The notes beneath the pieces were generated by a model, which saw only the letters and a program-made list of their open reading frames with translations, did not search any database and was not told the DNA's origin. From Verrucomicrobiota bacterium (GTDB lineage: Bacteria > Verrucomicrobiota > Verrucomicrobiia > Limisphaerales > AAA164-E04): a stretch of 64,000 bases of DNA. Where the stretch lies: NCBI GenBank assembly GCA_047947115.1, contig CP170459.1, forward strand, positions 4,544,001 through 4,608,000, written 5' to 3'. Shown piece by piece: positions 1 through 10,077 of the stretch; positions within the stretch are counted from its first letter, which is position 1, and each line of letters begins with the position of its first letter. A program made the translations under genes and the position numbers.

Positions 1-703
1 TGGCATCCAGAAATGTCCTGTACTGGGAGGAAGGTTCACTTAACAAAGACAATTTCGGCACAAACCCGCTAATGATTGCTCCCCAATCCACGTTGCCGGA
101 AATCGCAATGGTTACCCCCATGAAGGAAAGTACAATCAAGGCGACCATGACCTTGAGGATCATTTCATAAACTTTGATGCCTTTTCCCTTCCCCCCGTAA
201 CTCAAGGTGATGGGAATCACGATGAACATGAGCAGGATGGTGATCATGAACTTGGTGCCGTCTTCCCCTTTGGAGTCGGCGAAAGCACCGGCAAAAAGAT
301 TGTTGGTGATGGCGCCATAAGCCAGGGAATACTGGGGCAACACCCAGACAATATTCGCCAGCAGCGAAGCAGCCAGCCAACCCCAGGCCAAGACAGGATT
401 GATGTGCCGACGGATGTTGGTGAAAGGAGACGTTTCTGTGGACAAGGTCACGTAGCTGATAGCGCAAAGCATGGTGACCCCGAAAAACATGGCCAGCCAC
501 TGGACCCATAACATTTCGTAGCCGCCGATGACACCCAGAAACAGACCACTGGCCAGTGAACCGCCGCCCAGAGTGATGGCGCTTTGAAGCCATCCGGGAC
601 CGGACAGACGAACAAACACCCTTGCCTTGTCAACGGCACCTTTGCCCTGCACTGAATCCAGCAGATCCTTCTCCAATTCAAATCGATCCTTATTTGCGCT
701 CAT
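1..703 (-). CDS. NRAMP-like divalent metal cation transporter, N-terminal part (3' end runs off window)
   Basis: Not in the ORF track because it has no stop in the window. Manual translation from ATG at 703 gives MSANKDRFELEK...LSGPGWLQSAITLGGGSLASGLFLGVIGGYEMLWVQWLAM..., with several hydrophobic helices. The GPG..GGG start resembles Nramp/MntH-like transporters. Confidence 0.7.
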   Translation of the reverse strand, partial: MSANKDRFELEKDLLDSVQGKGAVDKARVFVRLSGPGWLQSAITLGGGSLASGLFLGVIGGYEMLWVQWLAMFFGVTMLCAISYVTLSTETSPFTNIRRHINPVLAWGWLAASLLANIVWVLPQYSLAYGAITNNLFAGAFADSKGEDGTKFMITILLMFIVIPITLSYGGKGKGIKVYEMILKVMVALIVLSFMGVTIAISGNVDWGAIISGFVPKLSLLSEPSSQYRTFLDA

Positions 704-800
704 GATAGTTCATGCGTATTGACTCCCTGACGACCGCATACAGCGGCCGGCAACACTGGGTTGACTAGGAAATTCGGGGGTCATGATGATGAATTCCGCA

Positions 801-839
801 TGAAATGCAAAAGAAAATGCATCGATACATTGCATTTCA
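801..839. promoter_or_regulatory. Perfect 10-bp inverted repeat TGAAATGCAA-N19-TTGCATTTCA in a divergent intergenic region (candidate operator)
   Basis: Arms at 801-810 and 830-839, between the divergent transporter and cobA/hemD starts. Confidence 0.35.
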
Positions 840-865
840 CTTGGGTAGCTCGATAGATTGGCGCC

Positions 866-2413
866 ATGACGATGAATAAAGGCAGAGTTTACCTGGTGGG
901 AGCCGGACCGGGAGACAAAGGGTTGATCACGGTTAAAGGCGCCCGATTGATATCGGAGGCCGATTGCATCATTTATGATGCATTGGCAAACCCCGAATTG
1001 CTTCAATACGCCAAAGCGGATGCAGAAATCATTTTTGGCGGCAAGAAGCCGAATTCCCATTCCATGTCTCAGGAAATCCTGAATGAGTTGTTGGTCTCCA
1101 AGGCCAAAGAAGGGAAAACCGTGGTGCGGCTCAAAGGTGGTGATCCCTACGTTTTTGGCCGAGGTGGCGAGGAGGGACTTGCTTTGCGCGAGGCGGATAT
1201 TCATTTTGAAATGGTTCCCGGGATCAGTTCCGTATCGGCTGTTCCTGCCTATGCAGGTATTCCTCTGACACATCGCAAACTTTCATCCAGTTTCAGCGTG
1301 TTCACCGGAAGATCAAATCCCGATCAAAAAATGCCCGATTACCCATGGGAAACCATCGCCCGCACCCCTGGGACCAAGGTGTTACTGATGTGTGTGGAGC
1401 GGTTTCAGGACATTGCCCAGGCATTGATGGATCACGGGCTCAGCAAGGAAACACCCGCAGCCATGATCAGCTGGGGCACTTATGGACGCCAGAAATCCGT
1501 ATCAGGAAACCTCGCATCATTGGGGGAACTCGCTCAGAAATCCGGCATCGTGTCTCCATCCATCGCCATCATCGGCGAGGTTGTCAGGCTGCGCGAACAT
1601 TTAAACTGGTTTGAACGCAAACCCTTGTTTGGCCGCCGTATTGTAGTGACACGACCTGTCTCGGCTTCGGATGCACTCTACAATCGATTGAGCGAGCTGG
1701 GGGCGGAAATCATGTCCGTCCCGACCATTCGCAGCAATACCCCCACCCGATCACGTGAACTGGTCGAATGCATCCTGGGAATTGGGGAATATGACTGGAT
1801 CGTATTTACCAGTGCACGCGGTGTGGAAGCGTTCTTCGCGGCGTTCTTTAAGGCGTTTAACGATATCCGGTCCCTTGGCAATCTCAGAATAGCCGCTGTC
1901 GGACCGGCAACTGCCAAAAAACTGCAGGACCTGCACCTGGTAGTCGATGCTGTTCCCGCCAGTTTCAAAGCAGATCAGATCACGAACGCCATTCAGGAAC
2001 ACGAAAGCATCGATAACATCCGCATCCTGCTGGCTCGCGCCGAAGTGGCCAACATGGATTTGCCAAAGGAATTGGAATCCAAGGGAGCCATCGTGGATGA
2101 TGTCGCCTGTTACCGCACCATCGCCGAAACAGAAGATCAATTTGGAATGGGTGAAAAGCTCCAAAACGACGGAGCAGACTGGTTGACATTCGCCAGCGGG
2201 TCAGCTGTCGAATCGTTCCACGATCGATTCGATCTTCCTGACCTGCTGGAAACCTATCCGGACATGAAAGTGGCCAGCATCGGCCCGGAAACCACCAAAG
2301 TGCTGAAGGATCTTGGAGTGCCTCCCACCCTGGAAGCAGGCCAGCATACGGGAGTGGGACTGGCGCATACCATTGCAGAATACGAATTACGATCAACCGC
2401 TGAAGATCATTAG
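866..2413 (+). CDS. cobA: Bifunctional uroporphyrinogen-III C-methyltransferase / uroporphyrinogen-III synthase (CobA-HemD fusion)
   Basis: VYLVGAGPGD, VVRLKGGDPYVFGRGGEE and VPGISS (SUMT), then PLFGRRIVVTRP, WIVFTS and AVGPAT (HemD). Confidence 0.93.
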   Translation: MTMNKGRVYLVGAGPGDKGLITVKGARLISEADCIIYDALANPELLQYAKADAEIIFGGKKPNSHSMSQEILNELLVSKAKEGKTVVRLKGGDPYVFGRGGEEGLALREADIHFEMVPGISSVSAVPAYAGIPLTHRKLSSSFSVFTGRSNPDQKMPDYPWETIARTPGTKVLLMCVERFQDIAQALMDHGLSKETPAAMISWGTYGRQKSVSGNLASLGELAQKSGIVSPSIAIIGEVVRLREHLNWFERKPLFGRRIVVTRPVSASDALYNRLSELGAEIMSVPTIRSNTPTRSRELVECILGIGEYDWIVFTSARGVEAFFAAFFKAFNDIRSLGNLRIAAVGPATAKKLQDLHLVVDAVPASFKADQITNAIQEHESIDNIRILLARAEVANMDLPKELESKGAIVDDVACYRTIAETEDQFGMGEKLQNDGADWLTFASGSAVESFHDRFDLPDLLETYPDMKVASIGPETTKVLKDLGVPPTLEAGQHTGVGLAHTIAEYELRSTAEDH

Positions 2414-3564
2414 CGTGGCACAGGGCGTTGCTGATGCATCCAATGGGCGTAGTATTGGATTTCCTTCTGAAGCATTTCTTTCAATGGATAGGCATTCGGC
2501 AAAGGACGGGGAGCCTCATGGGACAGCAGGTCGTTGCAACGTGAGGCCCAATTTTCAGTGGATGCGCCCAGTGACAATTTCCCCTGAGGAAACATGGTGC
2601 TCAGGATTTCCCCCACCCCACCGTGATCAAGCCCAACACAGCGTTTCCCCATGCAAAGCGGCTCCAGTATGGTTCGGCCAAAAGATTCGGGTTTGTTGGA
2701 GAGGGAAAAAACAAGATCAGACAGAGCATAGATCTCTTTCATGTCAGAACGGTGTCCGGTCCAAACGATGGCGTCTTCAAGCCCCATCGATTGAATCCGC
2801 CCTTTCATTTCATCGACATACCCTTGCTGTTTCGATTCCCAACCACCCACGATCATACCCAGGATATCGGGATGTTGCTTCCGCAATTGCGCGATTAATT
2901 CAACAAAATCAATATGTCCTTTTCGACGTGTGATACGCCCCGGCAAGGTCAGCAGACGTGCATTGCGGGTTTGAGGAAAGGATGTGTACCATTCCTGCAA
3001 CCAATCCGATCCGGGCTTGAATCCTGATGGAAAAGCATTGTTATCCACGCCCCGATAAATGACGGCAACTTTGTCCGGATCAAGTTTCGGATAATGTTGA
3101 AGCACATAAGACCTGGCGGTGTCCGACACGGCAATGACTTGTTCACCTCGTGTCATGATACGGCTGTAGGCATTGACGGAATTAAGGCCATGCACAGTGG
3201 TGACAAAAACGGGACGAGAGGATTTCGGCATGCAGCGCCACGCCCAAAAAGCAATCCAAGCCGGCATCCTGGAACGCGCATGGAGGATGTCCACTTTCTG
3301 CTCACGACAGAGCCGAATCAAGGCAGGAACAAAACGAAGCGTGAGCGGGGTTTTCTTTCCGATGGGCCATTGGATATGACTGGCCCCGCCTGATTCCAGT
3401 TCATCAACCAGACGCCCCCCCTGGGAAATCACCAGTGATTTCCACCCCGTGTCCACCAAAGCGTTGGAAATCTCCAACGTGCCCCTTTCCACACCACCCG
3501 ATTGCAAATCGGGAAGTAATTGAAGCACCGTTCCGGAAGTTGTGGCTGCTTTATCCGTCATCAT
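2410..3564 (-). CDS. Glycosyltransferase family 4
   Basis: LQSGGVERGT, ILHARSRMPAW, GRITRRKG, PESFGRTILE. Start set at ATG 3564, which forms an ATGA overlap with the upstream stop. Confidence 0.88.
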   Translation of the reverse strand: MMTDKAATTSGTVLQLLPDLQSGGVERGTLEISNALVDTGWKSLVISQGGRLVDELESGGASHIQWPIGKKTPLTLRFVPALIRLCREQKVDILHARSRMPAWIAFWAWRCMPKSSRPVFVTTVHGLNSVNAYSRIMTRGEQVIAVSDTARSYVLQHYPKLDPDKVAVIYRGVDNNAFPSGFKPGSDWLQEWYTSFPQTRNARLLTLPGRITRRKGHIDFVELIAQLRKQHPDILGMIVGGWESKQQGYVDEMKGRIQSMGLEDAIVWTGHRSDMKEIYALSDLVFSLSNKPESFGRTILEPLCMGKRCVGLDHGGVGEILSTMFPQGKLSLGASTENWASRCNDLLSHEAPRPLPNAYPLKEMLQKEIQYYAHWMHQQRPVPR

Positions 3565-4523
3565 TCGGGGAATCCTTCGTTCAAAGGCGACGAAGGAAGT
3601 CCGCCGACATTTGGAAACCAATGATCCAGCACCCAGTCGGCAACGCGTTGTGATTCTGCCAAGGGACTTGAGGGTGGAGCCAAAGGTTCTCCCAGCTTCC
3701 AATTGGCAAAGGAAGTGATCATGCCGGACTGGATCAGGGATTTCACACCCTGCCGCAACTTGCCCTCTCCAGCCCAATCCACCTCCAGCATCCCGGTGGC
3801 GGCTCCGGATGTGAGCGATTCATAGAGCATCGAAACACTGTCGCCACTTGCCCAAACCTGTCCACACCGGGCCAATTGTGCGGCCACCCATCCGGAAGGC
3901 GTTTCGGCGGCCGGAATGACACTCAAGTTGTCTGCGGGCCTCAATAAATCGAGAAAAGTGTCCGGGGTGCGACGGGATGTGGTCAAGGTCCACTGTGTGT
4001 TTCGGGTCGATTGGAGGATCCCGTTTATTTGTTCCACTATGGCTGGATCATTCCAGTGGACATGTCTGCAAGGCCCGCCGACGAGGATCAGACCTTGCGA
4101 CGCAGATTGGTTTGCGGATCGTTCGACAGGGTTCAGGACACCGCGAACCTGCATAATCCCTTTCCTATCCCGAACTCCGTCATGTTCGGGAACCACACAC
4201 AGATCAAACCATGCAGCTGGCAGACTGGGTTGCATCATGAGGATCGATCTTCCCCCGAATTTCCGGCGGGCGCGCAACAGCATGGTGTGGGTTAAATGAC
4301 CGGCACCGAGTATCAAATCAGGACGATTTGCAATGACCACTTCCCTGGACCAGGCACGTCGCCACCGGAGACGAGGAAGCCAGCCATTGGGCACTTTCCA
4401 CTCTTTGATAGAGCATGGGACACGCTTTTCCAAAGCCCGAATGAGTCCCAATGTTTGATTTTCATGACCGGGTTTTCCGTCCATGAAGCGCCAAATATGG
4501 ATCTCTGTTCGGGGATCTGGCAT
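3561..4523 (-). CDS. Mitochondrial fission ELM1-family protein (GT-B-like)
   Basis: DGKPGHENQTLGL, VVPEHD, LILVGG, TTSRRTP and DSVSMLYE are motifs typical of the ELM1 family. Confidence 0.82.
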   Translation of the reverse strand: MPDPRTEIHIWRFMDGKPGHENQTLGLIRALEKRVPCSIKEWKVPNGWLPRLRWRRAWSREVVIANRPDLILGAGHLTHTMLLRARRKFGGRSILMMQPSLPAAWFDLCVVPEHDGVRDRKGIMQVRGVLNPVERSANQSASQGLILVGGPCRHVHWNDPAIVEQINGILQSTRNTQWTLTTSRRTPDTFLDLLRPADNLSVIPAAETPSGWVAAQLARCGQVWASGDSVSMLYESLTSGAATGMLEVDWAGEGKLRQGVKSLIQSGMITSFANWKLGEPLAPPSSPLAESQRVADWVLDHWFPNVGGLPSSPLNEGFPE

Positions 4524-4556
4524 GGCTGACAGGGAAATCGGATCACTTGGAAACCA

Positions 4557-5597
4557 TTACCCCTGAGCAAGGGATTCCAGCTGCGCGGCAGCTTTGCCGG
4601 AACTGATAATATCCTGCGCAAGTTCCCAGCCATCGGACATGGATTCACATTTTCCGGCCACAAACAAAGCAGCAGCGGCATTCAACAACACCGCATCCAG
4701 TTTGGGACCGGTCAATTTTCCGGAAAGCACCTGTCTGACCAGCTCGGCATTTTCCTGAGCATCTCCACCTGCCAAATCAGTGATGCTTGCCCTGCCGATC
4801 GGGAATGAGTCCGGGTTCCAGGTGGATTCATGAAAAGCACGATCCTGATAAAACTCAGCCACGTGATTGGCTCCCACTGTGGACAATTCATCGAGAAAAC
4901 CTCCGTTCCCGACTTCCCCATTCACTACCATTCCCCTGGCAACACCAAGGGACTGCAACACTTTGCCCAGTTTTCCGCAGATTTCAGGTTTAGGCACACC
5001 GATGAGTTGTGCAGTGGGCTTCAAAGGGTTCAGGAGAGGGCCGAGGAAATTGAAAATGGTTCGTTGTCCATTGGCAGCGCACAGTTTTCGAGCTGGAACG
5101 ATGTGCTTGAAAGCGGGGTGATAGTGAGGAGCGAACAAAAAAACAAATCCGTGGTCCTTCAGACATTGAGCGGCCCTTTCAGGACTCAGATCAACCGGAA
5201 TCCCCAAAGCCTCCAGAACATCCGCGCTTCCGGATTTCGAAGTGACCGCGCGGTTGCCATGCTTGGCAACGAACACCCCCGCGGCAGAGGCAAGAATCGC
5301 CACAGTCGTGGAAATGTTGAAGGTGTTCTGGTGGTCCCCCCCCGTTCCGCACACATCCAGAATCACTGAATGACGCACATCGGGATCGAGTTCAGGCGTC
5401 ACGGCCATGTTTCTTAATGAAGAAGCGAACTGGGCAATTTCCTCCACTGTTTCCCCTTTTCCAGCCAGGGCGGTTAAAAAGGCCGCCTTGATCTCCACGG
5501 AGATATCCTCCGAAATCATGGCATCCACCGCTGATTGGATCTCTTCTTGCTGAAGATGGGTCCCTTGTTTCAAAGATTCTGTCAATGCCTGCAACAT
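4557..5597 (-). CDS. trpD: Anthranilate phosphoribosyltransferase
   Basis: DVCGTGGD, TFNIST, VAKHGNRAVTSKSGSADVLEALG, RTIFNFLGPLLNP. Confidence 0.96.
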   Translation of the reverse strand: MLQALTESLKQGTHLQQEEIQSAVDAMISEDISVEIKAAFLTALAGKGETVEEIAQFASSLRNMAVTPELDPDVRHSVILDVCGTGGDHQNTFNISTTVAILASAAGVFVAKHGNRAVTSKSGSADVLEALGIPVDLSPERAAQCLKDHGFVFLFAPHYHPAFKHIVPARKLCAANGQRTIFNFLGPLLNPLKPTAQLIGVPKPEICGKLGKVLQSLGVARGMVVNGEVGNGGFLDELSTVGANHVAEFYQDRAFHESTWNPDSFPIGRASITDLAGGDAQENAELVRQVLSGKLTGPKLDAVLLNAAAALFVAGKCESMSDGWELAQDIISSGKAAAQLESLAQG

Positions 5598-5715
5598 AAG
5601 AGGACTATATGCAAAAGCGACCGATACCGAAAGCCGAAAGCTATCGCCCGTTCAGACCATTGTTTTCAGAGTACGGACATTGCGAAACCTCATTCGAACC
5701 TTTAGGATAACGGCC

Positions 5716-8700
5716 ATGAAACACGGGATGTTTATGACAGTCATCAAGCTGATGGTCGGGGTGTTCACCCTGATAGCTTTCCACCCTTTTCCAAGTCAAG
5801 CCGCCTCACCCGATCCACAGGAACTGGCCTACATCGAAAATGCCAGGCAACTGACTCTGGCTGGCAGGAGAAGTGGCGAGGGATATTTTTCCAAGGACGG
5901 CACCCAATTGGTATTCCAGTCAGAAAGAGATACAAGCAACCCTTTCTTTCAAATCTTTAACCTGGACCTGACAACGGGAGATATTCACCGGGTCTCCCCT
6001 GGAACCGGCAAGACGACCTGCTCGTATTATCATCCTGACGGAAAACGCATCCTGTTCGCGTCCACTCACCACGACCCCAAAGCCATTGAAAAGCAAAAGG
6101 AAGAACTGGAGATGCGGGCCAGTGGTCAGGAGCGCCGATATGCCTGGGATTACGACGATACCATGGACATATTCTTGGCAAACAAGGATGGTTCCGATGT
6201 GCAACCATTGACTCGCGAGAGAGGTTACGATGCGGAAGGTTCCTTTTCGCCAGATGGTAAATGGATTGCGTTTTGTTCGTTCCGGCATGCCTTTCCGCTG
6301 AATCAACTGAGCCAGGAAGATCAGAAACGCTACGAAATCGATCCCTCTTACTTTGGAGACATTTACATCATGAAATCGGATGGATCGGATGTCAAACGAC
6401 TGACGAACCACCCCGGCTACGATGGAGGTCCATTTTTTTCACCGGATGGAAAACGCATTGTCTGGCGTCGATTCGACAAGGAAGGCGTCAATGCAGACAT
6501 CATGACCATGAATCTGGATGGTGGCGATGTGCGACAAATCACAAAAGATTTCGGCATGGCCTGGGCTCCTTATTTCTATCCGTCAAATGAATACATCATC
6601 TTCACCACCAATAAGGAAGGTTTTTCGAATTTCGAGCTGTATGTGGTGGACCGGTTGGGTTACCGAGAGCCTGTGCGAGTGTCGTTCACAGACGGATTCG
6701 ATGGTTTGCCGGTTTTTTCTCCTGATGGGAACCATCTGGTCTGGACCTCCAACCGATATGCGCAAAACCCTGGCAGCAAAGATAAAGGACAACTTTTCAT
6801 GGCAAATTGGAACCATGAAGCGGTAAGAGCAGCATTGAGACGTTCTCCGGTCCGACAGGCAGAAACCCAAAAAGCAACCCAGAAATCGGTAAAGCGCGCA
6901 AGCGATTATGGGGATATACCAGTACTTGAAGGAGGACCTGGAAGAGATCCGGGAAGGGCAATTGAAAGGAAAGAATCAACGCTCTCTCCTCAGATCACCG
7001 AAAAAGATCTTCAGCAACACGTGCGTTATCTTGCTTCTGATGAACTGGAAGGTCGACTCACCGGAGAAAAAGGAGCGCGCATGGCTGCGGAGTACATCGC
7101 CAAATCACTCAAAGAGATCGGAATCCAACCCTATGACAACCAGGAAGGCTTCTACCAGTCATTTGAATTCTCGGCAGGTGTCGAGGTCGATGAGAGCGGC
7201 ACCTTCTTCCGGTTTGAAACATCGAATTCTGCTGCGGAATCCAATCAGGCTGCACAAGTTTTGTCTGTGCAGGACCATTTCAGCCCTTTGGCATTCTCGG
7301 AAAACGGTCAGTTTAAGGGAGACATTGTCTTTGCCGGTTACGGATTAAAAGTCCCTGGAGAAGGTGCGGAAGGCTACAATTCCTATGCAGGATTGAACGT
7401 ATCGAACAAAGTGGCCATGGTCCTGCGCTATGTACCTGAAGGTGTTGACAACGAACGAAGAGCCTTATTGAACCGGTATTCGTCCCTTCGCTACAAAGCT
7501 CTGATTGCACGCGAATTGGGAGCAAGTGGTTTATTGGTGGTCACCGGCCCGAACTCACCGAATTCAGGGAAACTCATCCCACTTCAATCCGATCAAAGCC
7601 TCGGAAATTCCGGCATACTCGCAGGCAGTATCACGGAAGCATTGGCCGATCAATTGCTGGCCGGCACCGGCAAAACCCTGAAAGTGCTTCAAGATGGTCT
7701 CGATCAGGAGAACCCGCATGCTGTGGGGACCTTGGAAATTCCCGAGACAATGGTTGAATTCGCAGTAAAACTCAATCGCATACGAAAGGCGGACCGTAAT
7801 GTGATCGGCTTGTTGCATCCACCCCACTCTTCCTCCTCCGCCAAGGAGTATATCGTGCTGGGGGCGCATTATGATCATCTAGGTTATGGGGAGCATGGTG
7901 GTTTTCAGGTCAAGGGTGAAGAAAATCAAATCCACAACGGAGCCGACGATAACGCGTCGGGTGTGGCCGCCGTGCTTGAGCTGGCAGGAGCGGTGAAGCA
8001 ATTCTTCACCCAATCGCCTGAGAAAGTGGAACGCGGAGTGATTTTCGCCTTTTGGTCGGGTGAGGAACTTGGATTGATCGGCTCTTCACATTTTGCCAAC
8101 CATCCTCCACTTCCATTGAACTCGATGAAGGCTTATCTCAATTTCGACATGGTTGGCCGATTGCGAGACAACAAATTGACGCTGCAGGGATTAGGTTCAT
8201 CTGCCGATTGGAAGATGTTGATTGAAAAACGCAACATTTTGGCGGGATTTCAACTATCCCTTCAGGAAGATCCGTATCTACCAACGGACACGACTGCTTT
8301 TTACCCCAAGGAGATCCCAGTGTTGTCCTTTTTCACCGGAAGTCACGACGAATATCATCGTCCGGGAGATGATTTTGTAACGCTGAACTGGAATGGTTTA
8401 CAACGAATCAGTTCCTTTGCAAAAAGCATGGTTCTGGATCTGGTCAACCGCGACAATGCCCCCCTGCAATACAGCAAAGTGGCACCCAGCAAACAGCAAA
8501 GCAACCGGGACACCTTGCGAGTATACCTGGGCACCATTCCCGACTACACCACAGAAGTTGTTGGTGTTAAACTGACTGGAGTTCGATCCGGGGGACCTGC
8601 GGACAAGGCGGGCTTGAAGCCGGATGATGTCATTACTTCACTGGCGGGACAACCCATCAAGAACATTTACGATTACACATATGCTTTGGACGCGATCAAG

Positions 8701-8781
8701 ATTGGCGAATCCACAGAGATAAGCGTCCTTCGTTCCGGCAAGCCGTTGACACTGAAAATTATCCCCACAGCGCGACCTTGA
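5716..8781 (+). CDS. Secreted multidomain protein: TolB-like PD40 beta-propeller + PA + M28 aminopeptidase + PDZ
   Basis: Signal peptide and repeated FSPDG/FSKDG PD40 motifs, then LASDELEGR, GAHYDHLG, GADDNASG, SGEELGLIGS, NFDMVGR and YH, and a C-terminal PDZ (LGTIPD..GGPADKAGL). Confidence 0.9.
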   Translation: MKHGMFMTVIKLMVGVFTLIAFHPFPSQAASPDPQELAYIENARQLTLAGRRSGEGYFSKDGTQLVFQSERDTSNPFFQIFNLDLTTGDIHRVSPGTGKTTCSYYHPDGKRILFASTHHDPKAIEKQKEELEMRASGQERRYAWDYDDTMDIFLANKDGSDVQPLTRERGYDAEGSFSPDGKWIAFCSFRHAFPLNQLSQEDQKRYEIDPSYFGDIYIMKSDGSDVKRLTNHPGYDGGPFFSPDGKRIVWRRFDKEGVNADIMTMNLDGGDVRQITKDFGMAWAPYFYPSNEYIIFTTNKEGFSNFELYVVDRLGYREPVRVSFTDGFDGLPVFSPDGNHLVWTSNRYAQNPGSKDKGQLFMANWNHEAVRAALRRSPVRQAETQKATQKSVKRASDYGDIPVLEGGPGRDPGRAIERKESTLSPQITEKDLQQHVRYLASDELEGRLTGEKGARMAAEYIAKSLKEIGIQPYDNQEGFYQSFEFSAGVEVDESGTFFRFETSNSAAESNQAAQVLSVQDHFSPLAFSENGQFKGDIVFAGYGLKVPGEGAEGYNSYAGLNVSNKVAMVLRYVPEGVDNERRALLNRYSSLRYKALIARELGASGLLVVTGPNSPNSGKLIPLQSDQSLGNSGILAGSITEALADQLLAGTGKTLKVLQDGLDQENPHAVGTLEIPETMVEFAVKLNRIRKADRNVIGLLHPPHSSSSAKEYIVLGAHYDHLGYGEHGGFQVKGEENQIHNGADDNASGVAAVLELAGAVKQFFTQSPEKVERGVIFAFWSGEELGLIGSSHFANHPPLPLNSMKAYLNFDMVGRLRDNKLTLQGLGSSADWKMLIEKRNILAGFQLSLQEDPYLPTDTTAFYPKEIPVLSFFTGSHDEYHRPGDDFVTLNWNGLQRISSFAKSMVLDLVNRDNAPLQYSKVAPSKQQSNRDTLRVYLGTIPDYTTEVVGVKLTGVRSGGPADKAGLKPDDVITSLAGQPIKNIYDYTYALDAIKIGESTEISVLRSGKPLTLKIIPTARP

Positions 8782-8792
8782 CAAAATGGAAG

Positions 8793-8882
8793 GCATGCAT
8801 CCTGCATGCATCCTTCGGGAGGAGGAATAAAGCCCAAAATGAATTGCACTCAACTGCATTCGCAATTCATTTGATTCCCTCC
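8793..8882 (+). promoter_or_regulatory. Structured intergenic region upstream of the rml/EPS operon (tandem repeat/hairpin plus 11-bp inverted repeat)
   Basis: GCATGCATCCT x2 at 8793-8814; AAATGAATTGC (8837-8847) pairs with GCAATTCATTT (8862-8872). Confidence 0.35.
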
Positions 8883-9008
8883 TATGGGTGAAGTAATTTG
8901 AACGGCATCTTCGAGCCTGTAATTCGCCTTCAAACAAATGGGTTGGACTGTGTATAAGTCGATTCTTTTACGAATTGACGGGGGCGAAGCCTGCCCTTGT
9001 ATTTTGAA

Positions 9009-10058
9009 ATGAATGCTCAACGAATAATGGTCACGGGAGGATCCGGGTTTATTGGCTCGAATTTAATCCGTCATCTTCTCAAACAATCCGATGTCGAGAG
9101 GGTGGTGAATCTGGACGCCCTCACCTATGCCGGTAACCCTGAAAACCTTTCCGATCTGAGTGAAAAGGATCGCTACTTTTTCCAGGAAGGCCGCATCCAG
9201 GATCGAGCTCTGGTGAAACGATTGCTCAAGGAACATCGCATTACCCACGTCATGAATCTGGCGGCAGAGTCCCATGTCGACCGATCCATTGAGGGGCCCG
9301 ATGCCTTCATCCAAACAAACATCGTCGGAACCTTTGAATGCCTGGAAGCTTGTCGAGAAATCAAAAAGGAAGACAACACAGAAATTCGATTCATTCATAT
9401 CTCAACGGATGAGGTTTATGGAAGCCTGGGGCACGAAGGCAAGTTCACGGAACAAACACCTTATGCCCCAAACTCGCCCTACGCCGCCAGCAAGGCTTCT
9501 TCGGACATGATCGTGCGCGCATATCACAAAACCTACGGGATGCCTTGCCTGATCACCAACTGTTCGAACAATTACGGACCTTATCAATTCCCTGAAAAAC
9601 TGATCCCACTGGTCACCCTTCGTGCCACCAGAAATGCATCCCTGCCTGTTTATGGAAAGGGAGAAAACGTCCGGGACTGGTTGTATGTTTCGGATCACGC
9701 CGAGGCACTGCACCTCGTTGCAAGAAACGGCAAAACGGGAGAAACCTATAACATCGGCGGCGATCAGGAGGTTCAAAACATCGAATTGGTTCATCGAATT
9801 TGCGAAATCCTTGACCACCTCAAACCACGAACCGACGGAGCACCGCATTCGGATCTCATCGAATTTGTAAAGGACCGTCCGGGCCACGATTTCAGATACG
9901 CCATCGACGCTTCAAAGCTGAAATCGGAACTCGGATGGAAACCAAAGCACGATGTGCAGAGCGGATTGGAATCAACGGTCAAATGGTATCTCAATCACTC
10001 AGGCTGGTGTGATTCCGTTTTGAAGCGAGGATACGAACTCCAAAGGCTGGGTTTGTAG
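9009..10058 (+). CDS. rfbB: dTDP-glucose 4,6-dehydratase
   Basis: [54 protein letters not shown]. Confidence 0.96.
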   Translation: MNAQRIMVTGGSGFIGSNLIRHLLKQSDVERVVNLDALTYAGNPENLSDLSEKDRYFFQEGRIQDRALVKRLLKEHRITHVMNLAAESHVDRSIEGPDAFIQTNIVGTFECLEACREIKKEDNTEIRFIHISTDEVYGSLGHEGKFTEQTPYAPNSPYAASKASSDMIVRAYHKTYGMPCLITNCSNNYGPYQFPEKLIPLVTLRATRNASLPVYGKGENVRDWLYVSDHAEALHLVARNGKTGETYNIGGDQEVQNIELVHRICEILDHLKPRTDGAPHSDLIEFVKDRPGHDFRYAIDASKLKSELGWKPKHDVQSGLESTVKWYLNHSGWCDSVLKRGYELQRLGL

Positions 10059-10077
10059 TAGAGCAACATTTTTAATC

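Noticed and set aside
165..593. 142-aa minus-strand ORF in the track
   Set aside because: Wrong frame; the real gene is the overlapping membrane transporter frame starting at 703.
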